The notes under the pieces: generated by a model
The model's database searches: none
What the model saw: only the letters and a program-made list of their open reading frames with translations
Told to the model about the DNA's origin: nothing
Shown here: one piece after another, positions 1 to 12,700 of the stretch
Numbering within the stretch: position 1 is the stretch's first letter
Layout of the letters: every line of letters starts with the position of its first letter
DNA from: Hamiltosporidium tvaerminnensis FI-OER-3-3
Taxonomy: Eukaryota; Fungi; Microsporidia
NCBI GenBank assembly: GCA_022605425.2
Contig: CM061252.1
Span: 434,001 to 498,000 of the forward strand
Direction: 5' to 3'
DNA length: 64,000 nucleotides
Translations under genes and position numbers: made by a program

Positions 1-1479
1 TAAATACCATTTAAATTCGATAATTAAACTCGCTTTACAAATTGCTGGCTTGATATTTTTGTCCAAAATATAACTTTTAATAAAAAAATCAAACCTCATT
101 ACGATAGCAGCTTTCTTATATGAAATCTAATGAATAATTTTTGAAAGACGAACAAACGAATTTCGGAATATCTGTTGCCTGTTTGATAGATATTCGAACT
201 ATGAGCGGTTTCATTATTCCCTTTAAAATTTTTAATAGTTAGCTATATGTGCTGATTTTAATCTTTAAGATACGCCAAAACAATTGACCTACAAAAGCTT
301 AAACTCAAATTCAAATTCAAACCCGTTTGTATATCTTATATAATTTTTGTTGCGTAAACACTCAAAAATCAAAAAATCTTAAATAAAATTTTTTGTTAAC
401 TTATTTTCAATTTATTTCTATGTAGTCAGGTAAAGTGATTTTTGTGAGCTTTTTTTGCGACGCGAAGTTTAGGTTGTAGCTTTCAAAATGAGGTTATTTG
501 GAGGTAATATCCCAAAAATTATAAATCAAATATTTTTCGGCCCACAAAAATAGTTTTTCTATTGTATGTCTTCTCTTCATGACATACTTTATCGACTTAA
601 TATTACATAACCATCAATTATTCGGATCGGTAGATGTAAGTTATATTATCAATTCTTATAATATAACCGAATGCTATATAGATAGTAGCCTATAAATTCT
701 TGCTTGTTTTTCTGTTCTAACTGCTACCTCGCTAGGTTTTAATATGAAATTTCTTTATGTTGTTCATATATATATTCTCCAATGTATATAATATTAGATC
801 GATCCAAGAAATAAGACTAACCAAAAAAGAGGGAATTTTAAACGTTTTGGGCCTTGTTATTGTTTTACTCTCTTTTTATTTTCATCGTGTATTCATTTTT
901 TGAATAAATTGATAATAAATATCGATATAAACTATTAGATACATTACCTCGATTCTTCTCAAAGTCTTATCCCTGTATTATCTCAAATATATTTTATATT
1001 CCTAGAGCAAAGATTTATGAATTTTCTTTTATAGCCGACAGATCTATAGTAAACTGTAATATTGTTTTATTCGTTTGTTTCTAAAATGATTGCAGTCCTG
1101 AAATTTGTCTTTCTCCAGAGTGATCAAAATGCATAAATATTGAAACAAGAAAATGACGATTATGTGTCCATAAAAAGGTTAGTTATTTGCTAACTCTTGT
1201 TTGAATTCGGATCAGGGGCATCTTTATGGTACTAAATTTCCTTTAAAAGCAAAAATTAAATAAAATTGCCGTTAAATTAATAAGACTTTTACAATCTTAA
1301 CTTACTAAATTTTCTGACACCAAACAATATATTAAATTAAAAAATAATAATAAATGTAAGAAATAATATTTTAGACAGCTTTAATAAGAGCTAAACAGTA
1401 TTGGCATTACACCTAATAATGTATTTTCTCTTTTTCCAACAGCAAATAATAAAGTAACAAATTTTTCCTTTAGTTTGCC

Positions 1480-1780
1480 ATCGATTTTTAATAACCTTGT
1501 TGTGTGGAGACCAATTTCTCTCAATTGTGTTGGTGGAACCAACGGAGATCAAATCAATAAATCCTAGCGAGTAATTTACTGTTTTGGGATAAAAATATAT
1601 TTCTAAATCCCGATAAACTTTCCACTGTTCTGTTTAGATTATACTGCCAGGCTTCAAAGTTGTAATATTATGCGGGCAAGTGTTTCTTTAGTTCTATCAG
1701 AGATAGGTATCAACATTATTTTACGAGCTGGTGTTCTTTCAACCAACCCTAACCCTATGTTTCGTTCGTTTACCAAATTT
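1480..1780 (-). pseudogene. Degraded Merlin / IS1595 (ISXO2-like) DDE transposase fragment
   Basis: Manual minus-strand translation gives LGLVERTPARKIMLIPISDRTKETL...KPGSII*TEQWKVY...TVNYSLGFID...TNTIERNW. This matches the family pattern G.VER...P..DR..ETL...PGS.I.TD.W..Y...TVNHS..FVD....TNTIE..W. It contains a stop and a frameshift, and the boundaries are approximate. Confidence 0.75.
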
Positions 1781-4043
1781 GGATTTTTCAATTTCTAAAT
1801 TATTTCATTGCGTCAAATATATTCCTTGGTCGCAATAAAATTACTTTTGTCTTTATAATTCATTTTTTTAACTAATGCCTTTGATTCCTCTTTAGAATAT
1901 CTTGATCAGAAGATATCTTCTCATTTGTGTATTATTAACCAAACCACTGACTATTTTTTAAAAAATTTTAGACTTTTTCTATAATTCTCAACCAAGGTAC
2001 CTTTAAACTCAAAAATTTTTTTTAAATGAAGACCTTGCACAAATTAAAAAGAATGATGTTTTTGAGATAAACCTTGTTAAAGAAATACAGGCACTGCAAT
2101 TTGTGCTAAAACTGTTAATATCTGGCTTTTAAGCCAATTACTTCTTTAATCGAAACCTAAACACATTTAAAAAGACAGAAATTTAAAAAAAAATAAAGTA
2201 GGATCAAAGGTACCTTTATAGTACCTTTTACCAAAAATATTTTATAACATTTGATAATGCTTTTTTGTTCAAAGAGTCTTGTAAATAAAATTAATTTTTT
2301 TATAAATTACTTTTACCAGAATAAACCAGAACATTGAAAATATGTTCTGTATTTTTAATTTTAAACACTCATATTAACCCATATAAAACCCACAAAATAA
2401 TGTCTCTTAAACCTCGAAAGTTTACTCAAATTTATTGCTTTTAATATTGCAAATTGATGATGCTTTTTATCTTCTACAAAACTTACAATAGAATGTAAAC
2501 TGATTTCGTTATTTATATGTTTTTGAAAAGAAAATTGAACGATCATTCAATCCCATGGAAGCTATTGTAACTTTAATGGAAATAAAATGTATAAGACTAT
2601 ACCTTACAAATCAAAATAATGCACTTTGGAGCTATCCCAGATGAAAAGAAAAATACAAGCTTAAAAGCTTATAATATTTGATAAAGAAAATGAGAAAATT
2701 TATAAAGAGGCTATCACGGAAGACGATTACCAAAAAAACAACCTGCAATATTTGATATATTTCGCTAGATCGCAACACAAATGAATGAGGTTGATGTAAT
2801 TAAACTCTGAAAACCGCGTTGTGGATTAAAAAGAAAATCATTAGCAAGTGTGTCTCGATTTGTTCGACTTATAGAAATATAAATCACTAAGTCGTATTTT
2901 TAAATTATAGCAATCATTTTACTTTACCGCGGCAATACATGCAAATATATCGTTTTGAATTAAAAAACGAAACAATGAACATAATGATTGGAGGCGATTG
3001 AAAAAGTTTCATATTTTTTTTTTGAATTTTATTTATTCGTTCATTTTGAAATAAACAGCCGAAAATATTACATCGATTCAAAGCAAATATTTCACAATCG
3101 AAGAACTTTAAAAAGTTTGAAAAGCGAATACGCTCAATAATTTAAAAATTATTTTTTCTGAATTTCTATGTTTGTATAACGTTTGATTTTTAAGAAAAAA
3201 GCAGAGACATCTCAAAACTGAAGCAGGTTATAGGGTTGCATAAAACATTGGAAATAAAAATATAAAAGGCCTAATCGGATAATAAAAAATGTCATGGTTA
3301 AAGGTTGGATGAAATGATATTTGAATATAATATGTCATAGGGTAGGTAAATAAATCGAGGACACAAACATTTAGAAGCCTAATTTCTAATATATTGCCTC
3401 CGGTATAAATTCCCTAGAATATGAAGTAGTAATAAAAACGATGAAGCGCAATCGCTTATTGAAAAGAGTTTGAATTACAAAAAAACAAGCAACATATCAG
3501 TTTATACTAGAGTTGAGATTTTGACCTCCTTTTTTTGTTCCGAAAGATATATAGATTATAGGGATACATTTGGTTTTGAATTGCTAAAGATGCTATGTTC
3601 ATTGCCACTAGATCGCATTTAATTTAAGGAACATGGTACTTGTCAATGATCTTTTGAACAAATAAATTAAATATAGAAACAACTGTACATTTTTTATGAA
3701 AAGTAAGACTAGATATTGCAGCGAAAATTTGATTTGATATTCATGGGCGCTTAACCGTTTGGCTGCTAAGCAATTATTGCAAGAACGCACGAAAACTGCG
3801 GGACTTATTTTCAATTGATGTTGTCAATTTTTTTTTTCATATATATATATTGTTTCGCACAACTACAATGTAACAAGTGTTATTGATAACATAGAAAAAC
3901 AAGTGGTCATTAAAAATTAAAATTTATAAAAAGATAACTTAAAGTTTATTGATTTTCTCTTATGATCAGCACGTGAATCAATGATTTCGAATGATTCCGG
4001 CGTAGGCACTAGGTGATACATGATAACAATTAATATCGATAAT

Positions 4044-4093
4044 ACACTAGGTAGTATCACAAAATAATATTATTATGTGATACTACCTAGTGT
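4044..4093. repeat. 50-bp near-perfect palindrome in the piggyBac 3' non-coding region
   Basis: ACACTAGGTAGTATCACA (4044-4061) is the exact reverse complement of TGTGATACTACCTAGTGT (4076-4093). The 14-nt spacer is itself nearly palindromic. Confidence 0.9.
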
Positions 4094-4155
4094 TTTTCCG
4101 AACGTAAAGGATCGTTTTCATGAGAGTGAAAAATTCTGACTCTTACTTAAAAAAT

Positions 4156-5835
4156 TTATGTATTACAACTATGTTTTGCCGCACAAATAGCGTGAAGGCC
4201 TTTTTTACAACAAACGCAAATAAGGTGGGATCGCTTGATCCCGCTCCTTCTGTTGCTACACACCGCACATTGTCGTAAGTTACGACCCGGTAATTTTTCA
4301 AGCGCAAATTTATTAGTTGATGAAGATGGTTGTGTTGACACGCTATTTTTATGGTACATCCACTCCTTTTCGATGTCGTCAATAATTTTCGATGTAAATT
4401 TAAGCCGGTTCATTTTTTTTTCAGTAGTGTTTGAAACATATAAAATATATGAGTTCAGCACCATTCTTCCAAATACGTTGAATACTACTTTCTTCCAATA
4501 TTTGAGGGTTCTTCGCTCGTCTAAATACACGTATAGCATTTTGTCGCACTCGTCCACACCACCCATGTATTTATTGTAGTCATGAATCATGCTTGGTTTC
4601 ATCTTTTCGTATTCAAATTCCCTTTCTTTTTCTTGATCGTCACACTATTAGTATCCGAATTTGATGAAATCAGTATGACTGGGTTTGGTTTGGACTTTTT
4701 GTCCCTGAAAGAGCACATCAATACATTTTCATGTGCCATGTATTTCGCTTCTCCTACGATTGCTTTCTTAGCTTCTGGAGGAATCTCTTTTCTGTTACGT
4801 CTAATTGTTCCAGTTAGATAAGTATTTTGTTTCAAAAGGGCTTTGGCCAAGCGTAAGCTTGTGTAAAAATTATCTGTAAACAGATGATAGCCCTTGAACA
4901 GATAATTGCCAGTTGAAAGCAATTTTTGCGCAACCGTAAATCCAAGGCCATATTTTTGTACTAAATCTCTGTCATCTGTATTTTTAGCTCCTTTGTAGCA
5001 AAAAAAACCCAAGCAATATTTAGAAATCGAGTCGCACAACATCCAAAATTTTATCCCCCATTTATGGTGTTTTTTGTTTGGGATGTATTGTTTTATGGCA
5101 GAATGACAGTGAGTACCAACTAACGACTCGTCGATAGATAATTGTTGATTTGGTATATAATGCCGCTGAAATACAGTATTTGCATGTTTGACAAGCATAT
5201 CAAATCTGCCGCATGGGTCATAATTCGGATGTCCTGGTTCAAATAATGACGTATTGTCAATCAAGTGAAAAAACTTCAAAATCAGTTGAAACCTATCCCT
5301 TGAAAACATTGTCCTAAACCATGGTAATTGCCGGGAACCTGTTGCCCAATAACTATCAATTGTTGGCCTTCTCGTAATCCCCATTTCGAGTAAGACTGCA
5401 ATAAAGGCTTTGATTTCGTATATCGTTGTCGGCGTCCACTTTTTTGCTCGAGAATTATTCAAAACAGTGTGCGAGGCAAAAAACTGGGTAGCATATCGAT
5501 TTGTTTCCCTTACAATGGTTTCAAGGAGTGATGTGGTAAAAAAATAAATTGAAATAAGTTAAGGGTGAAGCATCGGGGGGAGGCGCACATCTAGGTCCAG
5601 GAGTCTCGAAAAAATTATTTGTTGCTTTGGAAAACACATTAGTCGGAGGAATATTCGTAAAAGTTGGTGTTTCCTCTGCTTCTGAAGATGAGATAGAAGA
5701 CTCACTTTCAATCCTCAGTCTTTTTCTTCGATGAGTTATAATAATGCTATCATCACTACTTGTGTCACCACCAATTTCACCATCCTCAGAATCGCTAGCA
5801 ATCGAATCAGCGTCCGAAATAATAGTCCGTGACAT
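4156..5835 (-). pseudogene. piggyBac (PGBD4-like) transposase split by two frameshifts
   Basis: Three consecutive ORFs (5521-5835, 4599-5462, 4156-4602) carry an acidic N-terminus, SIDES, KWGIKFWMLCD, TDNFYTS, GTIRRNR, YNKYMGGVDECD and a C-terminal Cys-rich domain. The frameshifts fall in homopolymer runs near 5540 and 4630. Confidence 0.92.
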
Positions 5836-8078
5836 GGTTATATTTTTTAAATAATATATAAAAACGGTAAAAAGTTAGTTTGGAATACACTCGTGTTACA
5901 AAGTACTCGCGAGGTCAGACTACGTTCAATTCCACGGAGCAAAAAGACACACTGTGACTGGCAGCGCGAAAGCGCTGCGTCGCTGTTTTCGAGACAAATG
6001 AACGAAGCGCATTCGCGCCGCGTAGCAGTCAAACGGTTAAATGAAAAATATCTAGAAATATCAAATTTAAATCTAAACGCAACCAAAAGAACCTTTAAAC
6101 GGAAATATTACATATTCTTATTGTCTATTTAATCATTTTTTTTTTATTTTTTGTTTTAATATTTTTTTGTATTTAGAAAAATACTTCATATAAATAAATT
6201 TCGCCTACGATTACAGCATTTAATCCTATAGATGTGTGAACTGATGGTTTTTTGTTCGAAAATTTGGCTTCTTTTTTTCTTTTGAATCAAGTATTCTATG
6301 ATTTTTTTACTCAATCCTTGATAATTTTTCCTATCTGTTAATATTTCGAGCTATTGTCCTATTGTTACGTTTCGATTACCAAAGTCGCCTTTTAATACCT
6401 TTTCCAAAGCTAATAAACAGAGCAGTTTCTCTTTCGGCACACTACAATAAATATAGTATGATTTTTGATTTAAATTCGGAGATAGCATTTAACTTTTTTT
6501 TGTGTTTTTTGATGCACTAACTGATTTCATAAGTTTATTTTTTTCAATATTGTTTGTATATCCAGAAATATTGTTAGATAGATTTGCATTGGTAATGATT
6601 TTAATATAACGGATATTCAAGAATTCATAGCAGATATTTAAACAATTAGATTTTCTAGGCCTCTAAACTTCTTAGAAAGACATTAGATAATATTTTATGA
6701 TATGCAAGAACAATAATATTACTATGAACTTAAACTTTTTCCAGATAAACACGTAACTCATCTTGATCTATTCTTTTTATGATTCCTGAAATAATAACAC
6801 TCGTTTCTCTATATTTTATGATTGCAATGAGTTTTTTTTTAATGTAGTTTTTATACTCTGTATTGAATTTCTGGAATCTCAAATCATAGATTTGTTTGAA
6901 ATCTGAGCGAGGTCATATTTGATGAATTCGACCATCTTATCTGAATTCATATTGTCTGTTTTGTGTAAACTATAAAAAATGACCTTTTTGTATCTCGATT
7001 GATTCCTGGTTTCAAGAATGCCGCGATTATAAACTTGCTAGAAAAAGCAAAAAAATTAATAGCGCCTTCTTAACATTATTTTCTGCTATATTGTAATTGG
7101 GATCATGAAGAACAGAATTTATCTTTTTTTCCTTTATTGCATTGGTAATATTCGATACTTAAAAATTTTACTCTGTTCAAAACTTTTATCCTTTATATCT
7201 TTTGAGTTTATAATCTCATTTCCATGCCGCTTGCTACAACTTTATTTTTTATTTCAAAAAGCGTTTTCTTGTATCCTAAATATATTGGTTCTATATACCC
7301 GTCAATAAAGATTTTTTTTGGTATTTCATCTTCAAAATAGATTATAAGCAAATAAATTTTTTATTTTTTCGACATGTATTTGGCCATGGATGCTTTTGGG
7401 TCATAATTCTATTTCAATGCCTTTATTTTAAATTTCTTAAATATTAATAAACTTCAATTTTCTATAGCTTTTCTTTTTTTTACCATGATTATTTTTGGAT
7501 CTAGGCTAATAAATCACACTGGTTTTTTTAAAAAAATTGAAAACTTAATAATAACAAAGATAAACCAACATGCTTCCTTTATTCTTTAATCTAAATCCCT
7601 TTGTTTTTTGTTTTAGATAAAATAGAACATAGATGCAGGTAAAATATAAATATACGAAAAATTTTCTAGAATAAAATTTGTATGATTAAAAAAAGGCAGA
7701 ATTAATCAAAAAAATGCTTTGTATATTTTTATTACAAATATTATGCCTGTGGTGGTTACAAGAAATCGAACTTTATGTGTTCTTAATTTAATAATTAGCT
7801 CGGTGAAAAAAATTTTATTACCTATAAAACTGCCAACATTAAATAATAGAGCGTTGCCATTTTTTTAACTTAAACCATAGATTTAAGTATAAAACTTTCT
7901 TTATAATTTAATTCTTTTAAACTTTAATTTATTCCTTAATTAGATTTTCTTGTAAAAAAAATAGATTGTCTGAAAAGATCAAGAAAATTTAGGTTTTTAA
8001 AGTTTTGACTTTTAAAAAACTATGAATAAAATAAAAAAATACTTTAAAACTTTATAACCTATGAAATTTAAAAATAAA

Positions 8079-9722
8079 CTACTCCTTAATTATTTCGAGT
8101 TCAATACTTGATATGTTCTCCACGTTAAATTTTTCGGTTAAGCATTTTATTCTAAATAAAATGCATTTAAAAAAGAAGTCACGGCACGCCTTCATTTCTT
8201 CTGGGTGAATTAAAAACATTTCGTTGTTTTCATTCATTTCATTCAAAAAAGCGTTGTAAATTTCTCGGAAAGAATCTAACGAAATTTCAAAAGCTATAAT
8301 CATTAACCTACCCTGGAATTCGTTGGTTTTTTCGTATGCGCTATTTAGCTCATGTAAGAAGCCTAACCAAAGGTGACAGTTTTGAGGGATGTTTCCAATT
8401 AAATACTTTGTATGATCCGAAATGGATTCGCTTTCTTCTTGAATTATTTTACCTAAGCAGAACTTATTTGCAGAATTTATAAACTGTTTAGAAACATTCG
8501 ACAAAAATTCGGGAAAAAAATTTTGTAAATCAATAAATGAAATATGAGTTATGCGCATTACAAAAATAGGAGCACAAATGTCCAGAAATTCACTTGCTAT
8601 TTTGTTCGAAAAACCCTCGTGGAAATATAATATATCTTTTGAAAAGAAAAATTCAAACTGAAATATTTTAAATTTATCTGTAAAAAACATAAAGGCAAGA
8701 AACTTAAGATTTGTTTTTGCTTTTTTTGAATTCATTTGAATTTCGGCTGTTCTTGTGCAAAAAACGGAAAAGATATTCATAAACGAAGAAGATTTTTCCT
8801 CTTCCGAAAAGGAAACAAAAATATTATCAAGATCATCATCATATTTTATATTTTTCTTCATATTCTGCAATCTTTTATAGATATTGTTTGTTTCTTTTTC
8901 CAATTTGATGCTATCTTGATTTGTTTTTCCAAAAAAGTTACAATATATATCTTTCTGCAATTTTACATATAAAATCTGTTAGAATTGAGAAATCAAATTT
9001 TCTACACAATCAAATAAATAAAATTTTGATTTTAAAACTTCAAGTATGTTTGAACGGATTGCCATTTTTTTATTATCTTGAACGGCTTCGATGAGCTTTG
9101 GATTATTTTTACTTTTAAACTGAACAATAAACGTATTAATACGTTCTTGCAGAGCCAAAAAGACATCTTCGAACAAATCTGCATTGTTTTTATCTCTTTT
9201 TATGGCCTGAGCAAATTTATCTTGCAGGTAAGATTTCAACTTTTCGATTAACAGTGAGTTAAATTTGGAAATTACTTCATCGATAAGGTTTTCACTTTCG
9301 TTATTTTCTTTTTTAAAATACTCTTTGGTTCTTTTATATATATCTTCAGTAAATTCATCTGTAGTAAGAAAGTCAATCGTGTCAAAGATAGATTCTTTAA
9401 TACATCTGAATCCTGGTTCGATAATATAATGAAAATCAAAAAAATCTTCAAAAGTATTGGTAGTAACAAAACAGTTCTGTTCTATTTGCCTTGTATAATG
9501 TGGGTTCAGATTGTATTGTAATATTATGCTCATTCTGTGTTCAATCATTGAGTGCGTAAAATCATCTTCCCATTGCTTCTTTTGTTTTTTTTCTTTGTTC
9601 ATTGCTCCATAAACCATTCTACCGATTATATGCATCGTACCACAATTTATTTTCATATTTGAAATGCATTTCATAGTTGCAATCATTGGAAAAATTGTAA
9701 TCAAAAAAAATGCTGCTCTCAT
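8079..9722 (-). pseudogene. Secreted ~547-aa lineage-specific protein with one in-frame premature stop; paralogue of 23204-24853
   Basis: ORFs 8979-9722 and 8079-8960 are in the same frame, separated by TAA at 8979-8981. Both halves align with the 549-aa ORF (TMH..GR.VYGAM, EPGFR..KESIFDTIDFL, YKRLQ.M, FC.RTAEI, CRDFF.KCILF). The N-terminus is hydrophobic. Confidence 0.85.
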
Positions 9723-12700
9723 GTAAATTTTAGATTCGAAAATATTTATATATTTATAATTTAAAAATTGGTGATCTTTTTAGGTTAATTAAAACGAATC
9801 TAGAACTTTTAAGTTGAGTAAAATATTTTCATTACTTCTATAATATTTGGATAATACTTGCTATCTTCTCTATTTCACCTTTACTTTTTGGTGTCGAGAA
9901 TAGAAAAAATGAACTTTTTCAATTGTTTCTTTTAATATGTTGTAACTCAGGACTATAGGAGATCTGGCTATAGATTTAGTGTCGTTTTTATCCTACTAAA
10001 ATGACAACACATTTTTCACACCAATTATGAATCTTTATCGAAAATCAGATGGTTTTTAATGTGGTTGTCCTCTTTCATATATTTTTTGATAAGATTATCA
10101 ACTTAAAATAAAAGAAATTCGAAGAATATGCTGTATATATTTATTTTTTAAAATTTATTTTAATAATTGTTTTCTTGGCGAGATTATTTGAATTTTAATG
10201 AACCTTATTTAAAATTTTATTCATTTTGATGTATAAATGATACTTTATATCAATCAAATATTCAAAAGATCTGGCACTAAAATAAATTCATTTTCACATA
10301 AAGTTTTTTTGTTATTGTAAATGTAACAAATAATTCATGTTATAAAATTTAATTTAAATATAAAAAGAACACAGAAAAGAATTTTTGACGCCATTCAAAA
10401 GAGCCAGAACTTATTTTTAATTTAGAAATTTTATATTGACAAATTAATTGAAACCAAAATATAATTAGATGAGTTTTATGAAAAAAACGGTTTTTTCGTA
10501 AGATCTTTAAGCAAAATTAGTGAGTCTTCAATTAAGAATTTGAATATATAATGATATACTAGTGACTCTTAACCTTTTGAGTGAGATGGAATCTACTATG
10601 CTGAAAAATGATCTCCGCTCTATGAAAAAGTGTTTCGATTTTTTTGCAAATTTATTGCTCATTTAAACAAATATATATTATATATCAAATACTCAATATA
10701 TATTATTTTATTTAATGACTAGACGGTTATTATTTGCATATTATAATATTTGTAAGTGAGGCACTTTTTTGAAAGTGACATGCGTAAGTCTTTACTTGCA
10801 TTTAAGCGATTTCTAACTTTGGTTTTAATTTAAAAATGCGAGAAAAATCTATTTCACACAGTAAGTAGTAGAAAATTGTAGAAGTGGCTACAATGCTTCT
10901 TTTGCCAACTGTGGATAACGTCTAAATGTGTACAACAAGATTTTCGCGCTTTTAATTATCAGAATTTCGTTTGAATATGTTCTCTGTCTCTTGTTAATTT
11001 TCAGTCTATATTTTTAAGTCATCAGCATCCATCAATTTTAGTTATATAGAAATAAATTCAGTATTCATCCTTGAGTTTTGTTGATATTTCTAGTAGAGAA
11101 TATCTATTGAACGATTTGCTGAATAATTTCAAATGCATTGTAATCTCGAGTAAAATTAATTTTTTTTTGATTTTTTACAACTATTGAATCAAGAACATGA
11201 ACGTTTGTAAAATTTAGAATTTCAACTCGAAGTACCCAAATTTCGTGTTTACCAATAAATTAAGATTTTTTTCACTAGCTATTATTGTATTTGTACAAGC
11301 TTTGGATTTAGATGTTCCATTCATTCTAGTGATTGTATTTGTCTGCTAAGTAAGCTAGTTCGAAATTGTGTCTTAATTACCTAGACTGTTTATTATATCA
11401 CGACTTCTGCAGGTCAGTAACTGACAGATATCTTCCTGTAATTTAAAAACCCGACTAGCATGCAGTCTTTGGAAAGCCATCATATTTTCGTGCGATATAG
11501 AAGTGCAGTATGAAACAAAGAATTATTTACATATTGAACAAAATTTGATGATTATAGGCACTCCAAAAATATATTTTACTATTTTTATTGCAGTAATTCG
11601 GCTGTTTTGAAGTTTCTGACAATGTTTTCTGTGCAAGAGCAAAAAGATGTATCATGCAATCATGACTCGCAGTAATTGCTTTTTCATCTGTAAAACACTG
11701 TATTTTAGCTCAGCATTACTGGTACACAATTTGAGAAAAGTTCGCTAAACACATTCACTAGTAATTGCTATTTTAAAAAAATCTTTTTTTGTGATTGGAA
11801 ATATTAATTCCTCTTGAAGTCAACTTCAGGGATTCACTAAATATAAATTGCTCTACATTTCGTTTTTTATTTACATATCATACAAATACATTGAACTGGT
11901 TGACATTATACATCAGCCAACTTATCTAATATTATAATTTCTTTTTAGACCGAGTTTATGTTTTATATTGTCTGTAGTAAAAAAATATTTACTGTTATCT
12001 ATAATTTGCGATCGAATTATATCGCTCGATAACGAAATGTTTTGATATATATCTTGTGCTTCGTAATTTAAAATGAATAAACAGTTGTTAATATGCCAAG
12101 ACTTTTAATTTCTCCACGATCATGTAAAGTTATTTCTTTCCACGCAGATATGCCTCTTTAAAGAAGCTTCTAAGTAAAGCTTTCGAATTTTGCTTCGGAT
12201 GATTTTGAACAAGTACCCCTGAATCAAATCAATTATTTTTAGCCTTGAGGCTGTCTATGCATATATACCTTCACCGCCATGCAGACTTCTAAAATGCTAT
12301 AATAATTTTTTTGTTTGAAATTATAGTTTGAAAAATCTTAGAAAAAAATACATCAAAGTCAAGGCTACATTTTTTTCTGCTGTACAAGTGAATACATAAG
12401 CAGCGTACTTATTTTTTCATTGCGTTTGTTTTGAAATAGCCGAGTTCACCATAATCAATTAAATTATTTAAAAATAACAATGAAAAATATATCATTCATA
12501 AGAAATAAGAATTTATCTACCTTTGCATTATTCATATAATTTTTTGGCTTAAGTATTGATTGGTTTGGAATATAGAAATTAGTAGGTAATGTTTTCAATC
12601 GAAGTTTAATACAAAGTACATTCGTCTGAAAGAGGTTTCTGGAATAACATCTGACGATGCATTATAGTAGACATGGGAGATAAAGGGTGAAGTTACCTTT

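Larger units (their letters stand above)
3755..6036 (-). mobile_element. Full-length piggyBac DNA transposon
   Basis: TTAA at 3751-3754 and 6037-6040. 14-bp terminal inverted repeats CCGTTTGGCTGCTA (3755-3768) and TAGCAGTCAAACGG (6023-6036) with one mismatch. A transposase lies inside. Confidence 0.95.

Noticed and set aside
1213-2230. Possible Merlin terminal repeats (GGCATCTTTATGGTAC and GGTACCTTTATAGTAC)
   Set aside because: They are related as imperfect direct repeats rather than inverted repeats, and no TSD could be found.
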